Of a stretch of DNA of 36,702 nt, positions 34,549 through 36,702 are shown one piece after another. Where the stretch lies: positions 1 to 36,702 of IMG/VR virus record IMGVR_UViG_3300005573_000187, one strand, 5' to 3'. The position numbers were made by a program, and so were the translations under genes. Below the pieces are notes generated by a model. That model saw nothing but the letters and a program-made list of their open reading frames with translations. It made no database searches and was not told the origin of the DNA. The DNA comes from a virus. Lineage: Duplodnaviria; Caudoviricetes. Position 1 is the first letter of the stretch. Each line of letters starts with the position of its first letter.

Positions 34549-34669
34549 ACTATGGCAACTCAAATTTTTATTTTTGATTCTGGACAAGAAAAAAAATTAG
34601 TTATAAAATTATCTTGGTATGTCATTAAGTATAAAAGGTCGTTAATTTGATAGATTTTATGTTAAATAA

Positions 34670-34894
34670 ATGAACCTAAACGAAAACAAGAATCTTCCGC
34701 CAAGAATTGAACAGAAAAAAAAAGAATTGGGCATCCCAGAAAATGCTGAAGTTCAGATTATTATTAGTGAGAACGAAGAACCACAATACAGATTTTACAT
34801 TTGGGGAGAGAGAGAAACTATTGGTGCCGATAGAAAGCCTGTAAAAGAAAAGGTTCCAATTGTATTAAAAACAATTTCAGCATCAGAATTATAA
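34670..34894 (+). CDS. Small hypothetical protein
   Basis: 74 aa; AGGTCG leader at 34636. Confidence 0.6.
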   Translation: MNLNENKNLPPRIEQKKKELGIPENAEVQIIISENEEPQYRFYIWGERETIGADRKPVKEKVPIVLKTISASEL

Positions 34895-34898
34895 AACT

Positions 34899-35432
34899 AT
34901 GAACGAAGTAAAAACAATAAAATTTGGCACAGACGGAAAAGCATCAATGGCATTTAGAATTTGGAGGGCAGATAAGCAAAGATGGGAAACTCCAGGATTG
35001 GTATGGAGCATAAAGCAAACCTTAAGAGAATTGGTGATTCAGTTTTTGAATCTCTTTAGGAAAGAGAAGAGATATGCCACAGTTTTAACTCAAGTAGGAG
35101 AAGAATGGATTGTAGATAAACTTGATGAAGTAGTTCAAACCACTGGAGATTATATTGGTTGGGGAAGTGGAAGCGGAACTGCTTCAAAATCAGATACCGC
35201 TTTGTTTACTGAAGAATCAGAATCAAGAGTTGTAGCAACAAGAACTCAACCTGCAGCCGATAAAATTCAGTGGGTAGGACAGTTAACTGCTTCTAGTTCT
35301 AAAACCATTACCAATGCTGGAAACTTTACTGCTTCTACTGGTGGAACTTTAATTGTTCACGGAGATTTTACTGGGATTAGTTTGAATGCTGGAGATAAGA
35401 TAGAATTTACAATTCAGCTTGAAATAACATAA
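34899..35432 (+). CDS. Fibre/spike-associated beta protein, paralog 2
   Basis: 'VLT..G', 'YIGWGSGSGTASKSDTALFTE', 'ITNAG.F....GG', 'L..GD.IEFT'. Confidence 0.65.
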   Translation: MNEVKTIKFGTDGKASMAFRIWRADKQRWETPGLVWSIKQTLRELVIQFLNLFRKEKRYATVLTQVGEEWIVDKLDEVVQTTGDYIGWGSGSGTASKSDTALFTEESESRVVATRTQPAADKIQWVGQLTASSSKTITNAGNFTASTGGTLIVHGDFTGISLNAGDKIEFTIQLEIT

Positions 35433-35479
35433 AAGCACAAATGAAATAGTTTAAAAATGTAATTTTGGCATAAATTTTG
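35430..35479 (+). repeat. 50-bp direct repeat, copy 2
   Basis: See 32659-32708. Confidence 0.85.
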
Positions 35480-35491
35480 GATTTTAAAAAT

Positions 35492-36702
35492 ATGCTTGAC
35501 CCAGTCAGAAATTTTGCCAAAGTAATCGTATCACAAGGTTATAATTATAATGATACCCAGATAACTTTAGTTACTGGTGATGGAGCAAAACTTCCAAATC
35601 CTGCAACGGAAGGTGCTTTTAATTTGGTTTGGTATAACGATACAGATTACAAAGACCCAGCAGATGACCCTTATGTAGAAATAGTCAGAGTTACGGCAAA
35701 ATCTGGCGATACTCTAACAATTCAAAGAGGGCAAGAAGAAACTTCAGCCCAAAACCACAATTTATCAGGTAAAACCTACAAGATGATTTTAGGTATGACA
35801 AAAAAAATGAAGGACGATTTGGAAAGAATTCACGGTGTAATCTATCCATCTACTGACTCAACTACTGCCATTCAAATAAACAAAGCTGATGGAACAACTA
35901 ATATAGTAGATATTGATACCATAAATTCAAGAGTTGGCATTTTAACAACAAGTCCAGGAGCGCCTTTTCAACTTGGTGCTACTAATATCACGGGAAATGT
36001 TAGGTGGGTAAATACTGGCGTAAATCCATATTTTGGAATTTATAATTCTGCTACTGGTTTATATTACGGGATTTCGGCCCAATTGCCTTCTCCTTCTGGT
36101 GTTTCTACTTTGGGAGGATATTTCAAGGGACTTGGTATAGGTGGGATAGTGGCTGGAACGGGCGACCCGATTTTTGGCGTCTTAAATTCCCAACAATCAG
36201 GACACGGGATAGGAGATATAGCTTTTACAATCTATGCGAACAATAAAGTAGTTACATATAATAACACCCTTGATGCTGGAGATGGAGGGGCAAATTTTGC
36301 TGGCAATGTTGGTATCGGAACAACAAGTCCTGCTTATACTTTAGATGTTGCTGGTAATTTAAGAGCAAGTCTTACTATTACTGCTGGAATAAATATTGAA
36401 AGTTTATCTGGTGATAAAACCTTGACCGTTGGAACTGATAAGATGTATCAGTATCTAAATCCGAACGGGGCAAACAGAATTATTACTTTATCCACAACAA
36501 ATGCTCGTGCTGGAGATAAATTTATCATCAGAAACAACGGTGCCTATAATACCAGTTATCGTCTTCAAATCAATCAAGGAGCAACTCCCTTAGATTATAT
36601 CTATAGCCAATCAATTAGAGAATATATCTTTGATGGCACAAACTGGGTTTCAGGTGATGCTGGAACAGGAATAAGTAGTGATCAGAATGTGGCAATAGGA
36701 TA
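35492..36702 (+). CDS. Tail-fibre-like protein, 3' truncated by the window edge
   Basis: Not in the ORF track (no stop before the edge). MLDPVRNFAKV...EIVRVTAKSGDTLTIQRGQE.T.A..H, then fibre-shaft motifs RVGILTTSP and GNVGIGTTSPAYTLDVAG. Confidence 0.8.
   Translation, partial: MLDPVRNFAKVIVSQGYNYNDTQITLVTGDGAKLPNPATEGAFNLVWYNDTDYKDPADDPYVEIVRVTAKSGDTLTIQRGQEETSAQNHNLSGKTYKMILGMTKKMKDDLERIHGVIYPSTDSTTAIQINKADGTTNIVDIDTINSRVGILTTSPGAPFQLGATNITGNVRWVNTGVNPYFGIYNSATGLYYGISAQLPSPSGVSTLGGYFKGLGIGGIVAGTGDPIFGVLNSQQSGHGIGDIAFTIYANNKVVTYNNTLDAGDGGANFAGNVGIGTTSPAYTLDVAGNLRASLTITAGINIESLSGDKTLTVGTDKMYQYLNPNGANRIITLSTTNARAGDKFIIRNNGAYNTSYRLQINQGATPLDYIYSQSIREYIFDGTNWVSGDAGTGISSDQNVAIG

Noticed and set aside
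32659-35479. DGR template/variable repeat pair
   Set aside because: Repeats are intergenic, mismatches are not confined to adenines of one copy, and no reverse transcriptase is present in the window.
1-36702. tRNA, integrase, attachment sites or terminal repeats
   Set aside because: None recognised by eye; both window ends fall inside genes, so genome topology and provirus status cannot be determined.

Overview
AT-rich viral/proviral DNA with no cellular housekeeping genes, rRNA, tRNA, CRISPR or integrase that I could recognise. It has three blocks. (1) 1-8.3 kb, minus strand: a podovirus-type Caudoviricetes head operon (terS, terL, P22-like portal, scaffold, N4-gp56-like HK97 major capsid protein, adaptor, start of a fibre gene). 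(2) 8.3-15.3 kb: two convergent accessory/lysis operons bracketed by a ~125-bp inverted duplication of a divergent promoter. (3) 15.3-36.7 kb, plus strand: an N4/N6 DNA methyltransferase split by an antisense HNH gene and carrying an intein, a degenerate protein-primed family B polymerase, an NPxNP-linked polyvalent protein, and a second, unrelated morphogenesis module of the tailless membrane-containing type. That module has an FtsK/HerA (P9/A32-like) packaging ATPase, many small membrane proteins, two adjacent single-jelly-roll capsid proteins resembling Thermus phage P23-77 VP16/VP17, a SleB-like hydrolase and fibre cassettes. Headline: two capsid/packaging systems from different viral realms lie on one molecule and share promoter types, a non-Shine-Dalgarno AAAGGTCG leader motif and paralogous fibre N-termini. 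All family assignments come from motif recognition by eye; no searches were run.
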